The notes beneath the pieces were generated by a model that worked only from the letters and a program-made list of their open reading frames with translations, was not told where the DNA came from and searched no databases. This document shows positions 6,314 through 15,700 of a stretch of DNA of 28,641 nucleotides, piece by piece; position 1 is the stretch's first letter; each line of letters opens with the position of its first letter. Source of the stretch: a virus (taxonomy: Duplodnaviria; Caudoviricetes); the IMG/VR virus record IMGVR_UViG_3300025141_000551, positions 1 through 28,641 of that record; one strand, given 5' to 3'. Both the position numbers and the translations under genes were made by a program.

Positions 6314-8179
6314 ATGTTTAAAAATAACGTAGCAGAATTTATATATAAGAGAACATATTCTCGATGGATTGAAGAAGAAGACAGGCGTGAAGATTGGCCT
6401 GAGACAATAGAAAGATTTATTAGTTTTGTAATTTCAGAAAGACCTGAGATTCCAGAAAAGACAATTAACAAGATAAGAAAATATATGACAGAGTTTTCCG
6501 TAATGCCCTCAATGAGATTTTTATGGGCAGCAGGTCCAGCAGCTAAGGCTGACAATACCTGTATTTATAACTGCTCCTTTGCTAAGATAAACTCTGTGGA
6601 GGCATTCGCTGAATGTCTTTATATACTCATGTGTGGAACTGGTTTTGGTTTTTCTGTAGAAAAAGAAGAAGTGGAAAAATTACCTGAAGTACCAGCAATA
6701 AAATCTGGTAGAGCTTTAGCTAAAATAGTTATAGATGATTCTAAAGATGGTTGGGCAGATTCAGTTAAAACACTTATGAACAGTCTATATGATGGACAAA
6801 ACATTTATTTTGATTATAGTGGAATAAGATTAGAAGGAGCTCGCCTTAAAACAATGGGTGGTAGAGCATCTGGTCCATCACCACTAATTAAACTGCATGA
6901 CTTCATTCGTGAAACCATGCACAATGCGCAAGGTCGAAAGCTCACAACTTTGGAGGCTCACGATATCTGTAATCAAATTGCTGAGATTGTAGTGGTGGGT
7001 GGAGTTAGACGCAGCTCACAAATCTCTTTGAGTGACCTTGATGATAAAGAAATGCGTCATGCAAAGGAATGGCCTTTCCCTATTAAAAGAGCTATGGCTA
7101 ATAACAGTGCTATATTCAGGGAGAAGCCTTCCGCTGCTCAATTTTTAAAAGAATGGGCAGCTTTAGCTTTGTCTGGAACAGGAGAGCGTGGTATATTTAA
7201 TTTAGAAGCCGCACAAAACAAAGCTCCTTCCAGACGTTACGCTCCTCTTATTCAGGGAACTAATCCCTGTGGAGAAATAATGTTGCGGGATATGGAATTC
7301 TGTAACCTTTCAGAAGTAGTAGTTAGAGAAGATGATGACTTAGATTCATTGTTGGACAAAGTGGAGACAGCTACGTGGCTTGGTGTTATACAAAGTTCGT
7401 TCACCTATTTTCCTTACCTCAGAAAAGAGTGGAAAAAGAATTGTGACGTAGAAGCGCTTCTAGGCGTTAGTTTGACCGGTCAGATGGATAACCCCTCGGT
7501 TCTCACTTCGGACGCGTTAAAGGCCCTTAAAAGCCGTGTTTTGCGCATTTCTCGCAAGGCATCAGGAATACTAGGAACTAAAATGCCAGCAGCGACCACT
7601 TGTGTGAAGCCATCAGGAACTGTCAGTCAACTTGTGGACTCTGCATCAGGAGTACATCCTCGCTATTCTCAATACTATATTCGTCGTTATAGAATTGCAG
7701 CCCGTGACCCATTATTTGCTTTATTAAAAGATGCAGGAATAAAATGTAATCCTGAAGTAGGACAGACAAAGACGAATGCATCTACATGGGTTTTAGAATT
7801 CCCAGTTAAATCTCCTGAAGGTTGTATAACCAGAAAGGATGTAACAGCTTTAGACCAACTAAGACATTATAAAAACTTACAACATAACTGGTGTGAACAT
7901 AACGCCAGTATGACTGTGTATGTCAGGGAAGATGAATGGTTTGAAGTAGGTAATTGGGTTTACCAGAACTGGGATATTATTAATGGGGTATCATTTTTAC
8001 CTTATGATGGTGGTAAATATGAGCTCGCTCCATATGAAGAAATTGATGTACATTCCTACGAAAGGCTTATAAAGACCCTACCCCTAATTAACTATACACA
8101 ACTGTCGCATTATGAGCAACAGGACAATACTCAAGGTAAAGGTGAGTATGCTTGTGCTGGCGACAAATGTGAAATTTAA
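6314..8179 (+). CDS. nrdJ: Class II adenosylcobalamin-dependent ribonucleotide reductase (monomeric RTPR-like)
   Basis: RTYSR, PSMRFLW, YNC, GTGFGFS, VVVGGVRRS, TNPCGEI, CNLSE, KPSGTVSQL and the C-terminal redox pair CAGDKCEI; no ATP-cone. Confidence 0.95.
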   Translation: MFKNNVAEFIYKRTYSRWIEEEDRREDWPETIERFISFVISERPEIPEKTINKIRKYMTEFSVMPSMRFLWAAGPAAKADNTCIYNCSFAKINSVEAFAECLYILMCGTGFGFSVEKEEVEKLPEVPAIKSGRALAKIVIDDSKDGWADSVKTLMNSLYDGQNIYFDYSGIRLEGARLKTMGGRASGPSPLIKLHDFIRETMHNAQGRKLTTLEAHDICNQIAEIVVVGGVRRSSQISLSDLDDKEMRHAKEWPFPIKRAMANNSAIFREKPSAAQFLKEWAALALSGTGERGIFNLEAAQNKAPSRRYAPLIQGTNPCGEIMLRDMEFCNLSEVVVREDDDLDSLLDKVETATWLGVIQSSFTYFPYLRKEWKKNCDVEALLGVSLTGQMDNPSVLTSDALKALKSRVLRISRKASGILGTKMPAATTCVKPSGTVSQLVDSASGVHPRYSQYYIRRYRIAARDPLFALLKDAGIKCNPEVGQTKTNASTWVLEFPVKSPEGCITRKDVTALDQLRHYKNLQHNWCEHNASMTVYVREDEWFEVGNWVYQNWDIINGVSFLPYDGGKYELAPYEEIDVHSYERLIKTLPLINYTQLSHYEQQDNTQGKGEYACAGDKCEI

Positions 8180-8190
8180 GGAGAAATAAT

Positions 8191-8367
8191 ATGGCAAATT
8201 ACGCAGTAGATGATTTTACCGACAGCGCCCAGTCGATGGCAGACTTACTAGCTCTATTAGAAACTAAATTAGAGACTATAACTAACACCAAGACTATACG
8301 CTTGTTAGAAGTATATAAAGATGCAACCAATGGCGGATATAGTTACGCCTTAATTGTGGACGCATAA
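8191..8367 (+). CDS. 58-aa hypothetical protein (MANYAVDDFTDSAQSMADLL...), not in the ORF track
   Basis: Translated by hand; strong SD AAGGAG at 8178-8183; fills the gap between nrdJ and the ORF at 8370. Confidence 0.8.
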   Translation: MANYAVDDFTDSAQSMADLLALLETKLETITNTKTIRLLEVYKDATNGGYSYALIVDA

Positions 8368-8369
8368 AT

Positions 8370-8633
8370 ATGCCTTTCGCAACAGATATTACTGGCTATG
8401 GTCGTAAAATGGGCCGAGACGCAGGACTTGATGATGAAGGTAGAGCACTATCAGTTATCAAATTACAAGGAGAGCGAATGCCAGAAGGTACAATCACTTT
8501 TAGAACCATAAACCCATCCAATACAGAATCAGCTGGTGGAATTGGAGATGTAGGAGACTATGCTCCAACCAGTGCACGTTCAGGATTCTACGGTGATGGA
8601 GCTACAGGTAATCCAAGAAATAAAGGTAATTAG
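8370..8633 (+). CDS. 87-aa Gly-rich hypothetical protein
   Basis: Starts 2 nt after the previous stop; its stop overlaps the stop of the convergent - strand gene. Confidence 0.7.
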   Translation: MPFATDITGYGRKMGRDAGLDDEGRALSVIKLQGERMPEGTITFRTINPSNTESAGGIGDVGDYAPTSARSGFYGDGATGNPRNKGN

Positions 8634-9682
8634 TTATCTCTACTAGATAAATACTCAGCTAGAGTTGGAGGTTTTTTATTCAATGATAAACCAAATTCAA
8701 AAGAATCGGGAGAGAAAGATATAGATTTTCCTATCACTTTATAGTTACCACCATATTCGGGGTTATCTGTTTGTATTCTAACTATATCATTTTCATTAAG
8801 ATAAAAACCATCACTAACTTTTAATCCATATTCATATTGATTTTTTAAATTAGCTTCAAATAATTTTTTAGCAAAGTCTATACATTCGGGAGGGGATTCA
8901 AGATTGTCATTAGTTACTTCTAAATAATTTCTATCATAAGCTTCTAGAGCAGTATCATGTGTAAACTTACCTGACACTCCATCTTTCCCATTTACTATTA
9001 TCACAGTAGGCACTTTTCTATTTACTATATTAAGCTCTACTATATTATCTCGCTCTGTATAGGTATGCACTATTTGGTCACTATCTATATTAGCCTCAGG
9101 CTCTATTACGAGTTGCGTATTAGAACCATCATCTATTAATCTTGCTACATTAGGTCTAGGCAATGTTTGGCTATTATCTATAGCTTTGCTTAATAACTCT
9201 TTGATTATATCAAGCACTACCTTAGTTCCCCTTATAGGCTCTGATACGCTATTAACTGTGGGCGTAGTGTCGCCTATTAAATCTGTCTTACATTTATTTT
9301 CTAATTTAGCTAATTTTAAAAGTTTAGGAATAGCAGCGCCTAAAGTAAGTCCATCAATATTATCTGTATCAGTTAAAATTACTTTAGCTTTCTCTGATTC
9401 ACCACCCTTAATCATATAACCAAAAGCATCTTCAACATATATCTCTACGTCATTAAACGTAGGGTTTGTTCTTTTTATCCAACCCCTTAAAATTGGAGTA
9501 CTATCAAATTCATTTAAATATAAAAGTACCTCTTTGTTCCATAACTTGCGCGTTCCACCCTGTATTTGTGGTATTCTAAACGTTAAAGATGCAGAACCAA
9601 GTTGGCCGGGCTGTGTATAACTCCCGTCGAGGTAATCTGTATCCACCCCGTCAATTAAAATCTTAGGTGTAATCGCGTTCAT
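8630..9682 (-). CDS. Tail tip/baseplate hub protein (T4 gp27/Tal-like)
   Basis: 350 aa, last gene of the tail operon; hub-like layout (LTFRIP...ILRGWIK...; LNENDIVRI...GNYKVIGKSISF); SD GGAGG. Confidence 0.65.
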   Translation of the reverse strand: MNAITPKILIDGVDTDYLDGSYTQPGQLGSASLTFRIPQIQGGTRKLWNKEVLLYLNEFDSTPILRGWIKRTNPTFNDVEIYVEDAFGYMIKGGESEKAKVILTDTDNIDGLTLGAAIPKLLKLAKLENKCKTDLIGDTTPTVNSVSEPIRGTKVVLDIIKELLSKAIDNSQTLPRPNVARLIDDGSNTQLVIEPEANIDSDQIVHTYTERDNIVELNIVNRKVPTVIIVNGKDGVSGKFTHDTALEAYDRNYLEVTNDNLESPPECIDFAKKLFEANLKNQYEYGLKVSDGFYLNENDIVRIQTDNPEYGGNYKVIGKSISFSPDSFEFGLSLNKKPPTLAEYLSSRDN

Positions 9683-12600
9683 CTATTAGTCCTCCAAGTG
9701 GGAATATATCAGTTCTTAAAATTCCATGACCATCAAGAAGGGCAACCCCTTTAATCTGCATAGAAGCATTATATCTCACTAAACTTCGTGGACCAGTTGC
9801 AGCATGACTTTCAGAAACCTGTGTTATAACTCCAAAGAATCTTACAAAGGTTCCATCCTTTTGAGGTTCGTCCCAATAAACATCTACAGCATCTGCTTGT
9901 AAACGTCTCATCATATGTAATTGTCCATACAAACTAGAACCTGATGCAGCAGTGAAAGCACTTGAACTAGACTCATCACCTGTACCAATACTTGTGAGAG
10001 TCATTGTTTGCATAGGAGTTCCAGTGCGTTGTATAAAGACTTTACCTTTACGTGTTATAGCAGTATAATAAGTTCCTGCACGAGTAATAGATATATCAGT
10101 AGTAACAGGTAGAGAGTTTAAGTTATATCCTGAATCATCTATCTCCTTAATAACTTCACCATATCCCCTATTACCATCAAATATATTATTAATTGTTGGG
10201 TATATGCCCGGTGTAAAATCTGTTGAGCTACCAGTTGTTCCAGAGAAAACTACCTTTAAAGCATACATTTCAGTAGTCTTCCATGCACCACTGATATCAT
10301 AACCACAACCAGAGCTTGCAGGACTATCCATAACATTAAAGTAATTAGTAGAAGGATTTTCATTTGCTCCTACAGGAGTTAATTCTAAACCAGCTGCACT
10401 ACCACTAGTTCCTACATTGTATACCTTTGAATAACCATCTATAGCATCATAAACGTTTATACGTCTTAAACTACCAGTTATTACAGAATCATTAGTTAGA
10501 GCAGGTAGGTCAGTTGTATCTCCGTATTGACAATGTATAGTATCATCTTCATCCCAAGCATCAGCAGCACCACTAGCTACCCAATACATTCTATTCATAT
10601 CATCCCCACCTTCATCAGTTACCTTAGGAATAAATACATACTTATAAGAACCTACTTGAGAACCACGTGTAAATCCAGCAGCTGCCATATCAGTATTGAT
10701 GTTAGCGCCAGTAATTGAAAAAGATTTACCGTAACCAGAAACTGGAGTGTTAGCTGTTTTAACAGTTCCTGTGAGTTGAACTTCTACAACATCAGAATCA
10801 CCTAAAGATAAACTACTTTCTACTCTTGAGAAAGTTCCTGCTGTCATACCACTTAAGGTAGTAGCTGTCCAATCTAAAGGCATATCAAAAGTTAAAGGAC
10901 CAGATTTAGCTAGTGAAGCTTTAATAGTAGTATAAGCACTACCATCTTGAGCAGCACTTCCTGTATTTCTGTATTGTTTTTCTAAAGCTGTCCCATCAAA
11001 GAATTCTAAAGGTTTCCATTGGAAGTTCTGATGAACAGTTCCTGTCTTCTCTCCTGCCAAATAATATACACCAGCAATGTTCCAAGCAGGTTTAGCACCA
11101 TCAGGGTGTGTACCTTCCATAGCCACTGACATTAAATGATTAGCATAAGAATCTATATTAAACATTACATTATTTGTTTTCTTAGGCATTAATAGTAATA
11201 GATATTCACTAGCTTCTCTACTGTTATCTAAGAAGTCTTTGAAGCCAGAAGTATTCATTCCAGCCATGTTTACTATAGTATTAGAACCAGTTCCATATGA
11301 ATTAGCAAAGGCAGCAGTAGTATAGTTCGCACTTAAATTACCACCATCGGTATTAGTTAATACAGTAGGGAAAGTTCTATTGTTTGATTCTCCACCAGAG
11401 GGAGCCCAAACGAAAGGAGTAATTCTATACACGTCAATCTTATTGTCAATGATAGAACTAACTTCAGTATCTACTCCATTGGTAGCTGAAGAAGGCTCTA
11501 CTTGAACCCGTGCATAGTGATAAATGTCAGCAAAACGACCGTAATCGTCTATTAAATATTGGTCTATTTGACCATTCTTAGCAGACCCCTTTCTCCATGC
11601 CACACTATTACTAAATGCTTGTGCATCAGCATCCGCAGCAGAGTTAAGACCCAAAGGACCTACTTGATATGTATAAGATAATGTTTTAGTTTGGTCAGTA
11701 GTTTTAGTATTGTCACTTAAAAAGTTTGTTCCTGTAACACTCCATGTGTTCCACCAATCGTACCACATCTTACCTGCATCATATCTATAATTTTTTAAAT
11801 TTACATTAGCAGCTTTAGCTCTACTCTGTGTAAAGTCTAACACTGCGTTTCTAGTATTATCTTCTGCTTTCTTAACAGGCATACCGGGCGATACATAACA
11901 TATAGGTCTATATGCATTAGTAGCTGCACCTAATGAACCTGATAAGGCGTTAGATAAAACTCCAACAAATACTTTCATTTTATTATACGCAGCATTCTGA
12001 GTATAATATTGAGTAGCAGATTGTTGTGCTACTACATATTTAGGATTCTTATAAGTTACCTTTAATATTCTAGCGCAAGTAGCTCCAGTAAGTAAAGCCG
12101 AACCATTAGCTCCTGAAGCAAATATATCTACAAATCCACTACCTTGTGTTAATGTATTTCCACTAACTACAACATTAAGCGTAGTTAAGCGTGCGCTTCC
12201 TCCTATCACTGAGTCACTACTTCCCCTATCTCTACCAGAGTCTATAACTTCAGCTTCTATATCTATCTTAAGAGGCTCGAAATAGCCCAGCTCTGTTTCA
12301 GTCAGTAAGGGAGGTATGAAAAGGTAGAGTGGTTTAGGCCCTTCCCATTCAAAAATACTATTATCTATACCTGAATTTACAGTCTTATTTTCTACACGTA
12401 ATACACCTGTAGATTGACCATCAACCACAGTAGCGCCTGTTACAGTAGAGTCTACACTATAAGGTAAAGGCGAACTAGAGCCTGATGATGAAGCACTATA
12501 ATAACGGGAAACAAATCCTTTTGAATTAACAGTAGCTACCACAGGATTAAATGTCCCAGTAGAGGTATAAGTATGTTTGACTTCGATTGATTTTTTAGGC

Positions 12601-12779
12601 TCAGTAAGTTTAACCCATTGATAATTAGCATATTTAAGGTCTTGTGTAAAGTTACCATCAGGGTCTTGACCATCTCCCCAATCTATATATACTGCACGCA
12701 CATCATCATCATTAAAGTTACCAGTAGCAGTATACTCAGTAAATGCTGTTTGACTGGCTGAACTCCATACTAAGCTCAT
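9663..12779 (-). CDS. Large tail-tip protein: N-terminal PKD domain, S/T/G-rich body, C-terminal Dit/tube-initiator-like domain
   Basis: YIDWGDG...HTYTSTGTF is a PKD signature; the C-terminal ~150 aa (…FFGVITQVSESH…YNASMQI) are gpU/Dit-like. ATG 12779 has SD AGGTGA and an ATGA overlap with the upstream stop. Confidence 0.6.
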   Translation of the reverse strand: MSLVWSSASQTAFTEYTATGNFNDDDVRAVYIDWGDGQDPDGNFTQDLKYANYQWVKLTEPKKSIEVKHTYTSTGTFNPVVATVNSKGFVSRYYSASSSGSSSPLPYSVDSTVTGATVVDGQSTGVLRVENKTVNSGIDNSIFEWEGPKPLYLFIPPLLTETELGYFEPLKIDIEAEVIDSGRDRGSSDSVIGGSARLTTLNVVVSGNTLTQGSGFVDIFASGANGSALLTGATCARILKVTYKNPKYVVAQQSATQYYTQNAAYNKMKVFVGVLSNALSGSLGAATNAYRPICYVSPGMPVKKAEDNTRNAVLDFTQSRAKAANVNLKNYRYDAGKMWYDWWNTWSVTGTNFLSDNTKTTDQTKTLSYTYQVGPLGLNSAADADAQAFSNSVAWRKGSAKNGQIDQYLIDDYGRFADIYHYARVQVEPSSATNGVDTEVSSIIDNKIDVYRITPFVWAPSGGESNNRTFPTVLTNTDGGNLSANYTTAAFANSYGTGSNTIVNMAGMNTSGFKDFLDNSREASEYLLLLMPKKTNNVMFNIDSYANHLMSVAMEGTHPDGAKPAWNIAGVYYLAGEKTGTVHQNFQWKPLEFFDGTALEKQYRNTGSAAQDGSAYTTIKASLAKSGPLTFDMPLDWTATTLSGMTAGTFSRVESSLSLGDSDVVEVQLTGTVKTANTPVSGYGKSFSITGANINTDMAAAGFTRGSQVGSYKYVFIPKVTDEGGDDMNRMYWVASGAADAWDEDDTIHCQYGDTTDLPALTNDSVITGSLRRINVYDAIDGYSKVYNVGTSGSAAGLELTPVGANENPSTNYFNVMDSPASSGCGYDISGAWKTTEMYALKVVFSGTTGSSTDFTPGIYPTINNIFDGNRGYGEVIKEIDDSGYNLNSLPVTTDISITRAGTYYTAITRKGKVFIQRTGTPMQTMTLTSIGTGDESSSSAFTAASGSSLYGQLHMMRRLQADAVDVYWDEPQKDGTFVRFFGVITQVSESHAATGPRSLVRYNASMQIKGVALLDGHGILRTDIFPLGGLIDERDYT

Positions 12780-15700
12780 ACTGTTGTCACCTTCCAATTA
12801 GTTTGTTTAGAACTACCAACTTCTTGAGGTGTAGTTCCTCTGATATTAGTCCAATCCATAACAAATAGTTTTGCACTATGTGTTAAATAATTATTATCTG
12901 AATTTTTATCTGCTAATAAAGCGTTTTTATAAGCAAAACTTCCAGCAGTATCAGGAATTTCATAAGCCTTTTCCCAAAGCACCACTTCTTCAACAGTACC
13001 TCTATATGCAGAATTCTTATTAGGTGCATCTTGTGCTCCTATTGTAGTATTATATGCACTTGTAACTGTATGAGTATTTGTATCTACATCTTCTAAAACT
13101 CCATCTATATACAATTTTAAATACCTACCATCTGTAGCATTAGCATCATAAGTTACAATCATAGCAGTAGGAGTTCTTCCATCATAAGCTACTTCAGACA
13201 CACTTTCTACTACCTGTCCATTTAATACAAATCTAATATGACCATTACTTCCTAAGATATAAGCTTCTATATCTGTACCATTAGCTAAGAAATATGCATC
13301 ATGACCTCTATCATTAGCACTTGGAGTTAAATGAACTGCTAAAGTCCATTCGGTTAAATGTTGCCAACTTGTAACAAACGTCTCACTTCCAGTATATGTA
13401 ACTGTGTGAGGGATAACTGCTACACCATTGGTAGCTGTAGAACTACTAGCAGTTTGAATAGCATAACCTTGTATACCTGTAATAGGGCTGCGACAATCAC
13501 TTCCAACAGTAATAGTTCCAGAAGCAACCGCAGGTCCTCCAGTTGTAGAATAATTATAAACGTAACTTGTAGGTGCGCTCGTAGGTGTAGTAGGTTCTTC
13601 ATTAAAAGGTACATGCATTCTAGCTTTATGGTATTTATTATTTATAGTAGCTCCTGAAACATCTATCATTAACATACGATACCAAACATCATCTGCATCT
13701 TCCTCCCATGTAAAATTTAAAGCTCTTAAATCCTGAGTAGTTAATTCATATAAATTGACAGGTTCAGGGTTCTCAGCGTTAGGTAATAATTGGAATAAAG
13801 GATTAACTTGGAAATTATCAATAAGAGGAACAGCATCAAAATATGTCCATAAGAAATGAGGTTTAAGAATATCAGCATCAGTCGAACTATAGTCAGCGTT
13901 AACAAATTCTACTTTCTGATTAACTGTAGGATTCTTCAAATTCATTACCATTTTAAAATTATCATTAGGCATAAGACTATCAGTATTAATCAATCCATTG
14001 ACATTGAAATCAGTGAATTTTCCTACATAAGGTGTCTTAATATCTACTTGTCCACCTTCACCTGATTCATCATTATAAGCTCCTACACCATAATCTATAC
14101 CTAATTCAAGATTACTGCCAGAAGTTACATCTAGACTCCATGGATTTCCATAAGTAGCACTACGTCCTCCTGTAGCTACAGCACCCACATTATAATAATA
14201 CTCAAATTCGTTCCATGTAGAACCTGTATCAGCAAGAGCTGGTTTGTCACCACTTAGATTGTTTAATATAGCTATATTATCATAGGATTTACCTCCTCCT
14301 CGAGTACCAGATTCATAAGGACCTATATGATAAACAGTCATAGTTACACCGGTATCATCAGTTCCAGCAAAGGTTACGTCCCCACTAGCAGCACCAGTAA
14401 CATGAGTAGTTATATCAAAACCATTAGTAGCTAAACCAGTTGCACTAACATAATAAATAGTGTCATCAACAGGAGTAGTTGTGTTGTCCAATCCTGAGAA
14501 TGAAACTGGAGTTCCTTGAGCTAATCCATGAGCAGTAGCAACAATTTCATTATCTGATACATCTGTAGAAACAACGGAAGTACTAGTGTTAACATTACAT
14601 GGAAATAATTGCATAGTCACCCAGTGTTTAACTGGACTACACCATAGATAAGGTAAATTGGCTACATTAACTAAGTTTTCAGTATCATAATCTTCATTAA
14701 ATTCTACGAAAGGACCATCAACAGCTTTAACAGATAAGTATCTACTTCTTTTACCACTTACTGCACCACTTCCTACAATCTCAGCATCACTACCTGTTGT
14801 CATAGATTTGTAAATAACGTAATGAGGTCCATTGGTAGTATCACCGGGCCTAAATAAAGAAGGATTGTCAACAGATATAGCATTGCGTGGTATCTCATCC
14901 GTTGTCTTTTCACCTCCTATCTCTGTAAATTGAGGTATAGCCATTATACGAGCGGATGTAAATATATTCTCTCTCTTAGCCCACGAGTCTACATTACCAC
15001 TAAGTGACATATATACAGTTCCTTTTTGACTGAGACCATCAGTTGATAATGTTCCGCTACCAGCAGTACCTGTTGTAAAATATATCTTGTCTACTTCTGA
15101 AGCATCACCTGTTGGGGCATTAGTAAAGTCTATATCTAATCCTTGAATAGTAGCTGGACATTTATAGGTAGATGTTAATGCAGTATTACCTGCGTTTAGA
15201 GCTTGTCCACCATAGTAACTAACGAAACTATCATTTGTTCTTCCAGTTGCATTAGAACCATCTGATGTCATAGACCTGAAAGCTTGAGTTGTCCAACCAT
15301 CATTATATAAATTATCTTGGAAATTCTTTTGATTATAACCATTAAACATTAACCATGCAGCAGCTCCAAAACCGGGCGATTGAACAGTTATCGGGTCATC
15401 ATCACTACCACCTAAAGTTAGACTTACACCAGCAATAGCAAGGTCATAAGTAGAAGATAGTTTAATAGCATTATTGGAAGTAGGGGCTTCAGAACTTACA
15501 TAATAAACTGTATCAGCAGAAATACCTGTTGTAGTATCAATACCAGCTGTCACCATAAGTGGTGTTCCGGGCGTTAAATCACCTTTAATACTAGTCCTAT
15601 CTATTTCATTATCAGATACATCAGTTGTACAATCAGTCTTGGAAGCAACGATAGGTAAATCCCATAGACTATCGAACCCCATAGTAACATAGGTAGGTCC

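Noticed and set aside
5424-6804. Minus-strand ORFs over the micro-ORF cluster and the RNR start
   Set aside because: The + strand is fully tiled by coupled ORFs, most with SD sites; the F/L/S-rich antisense translations mirror K/E-rich sense codons.
7440-7700. Locally higher GC in nrdJ as evidence of recent transfer
   Set aside because: The shift is modest and explainable by amino-acid content, and the gene shows the same GATC and CCWGG avoidance as the rest of the window.
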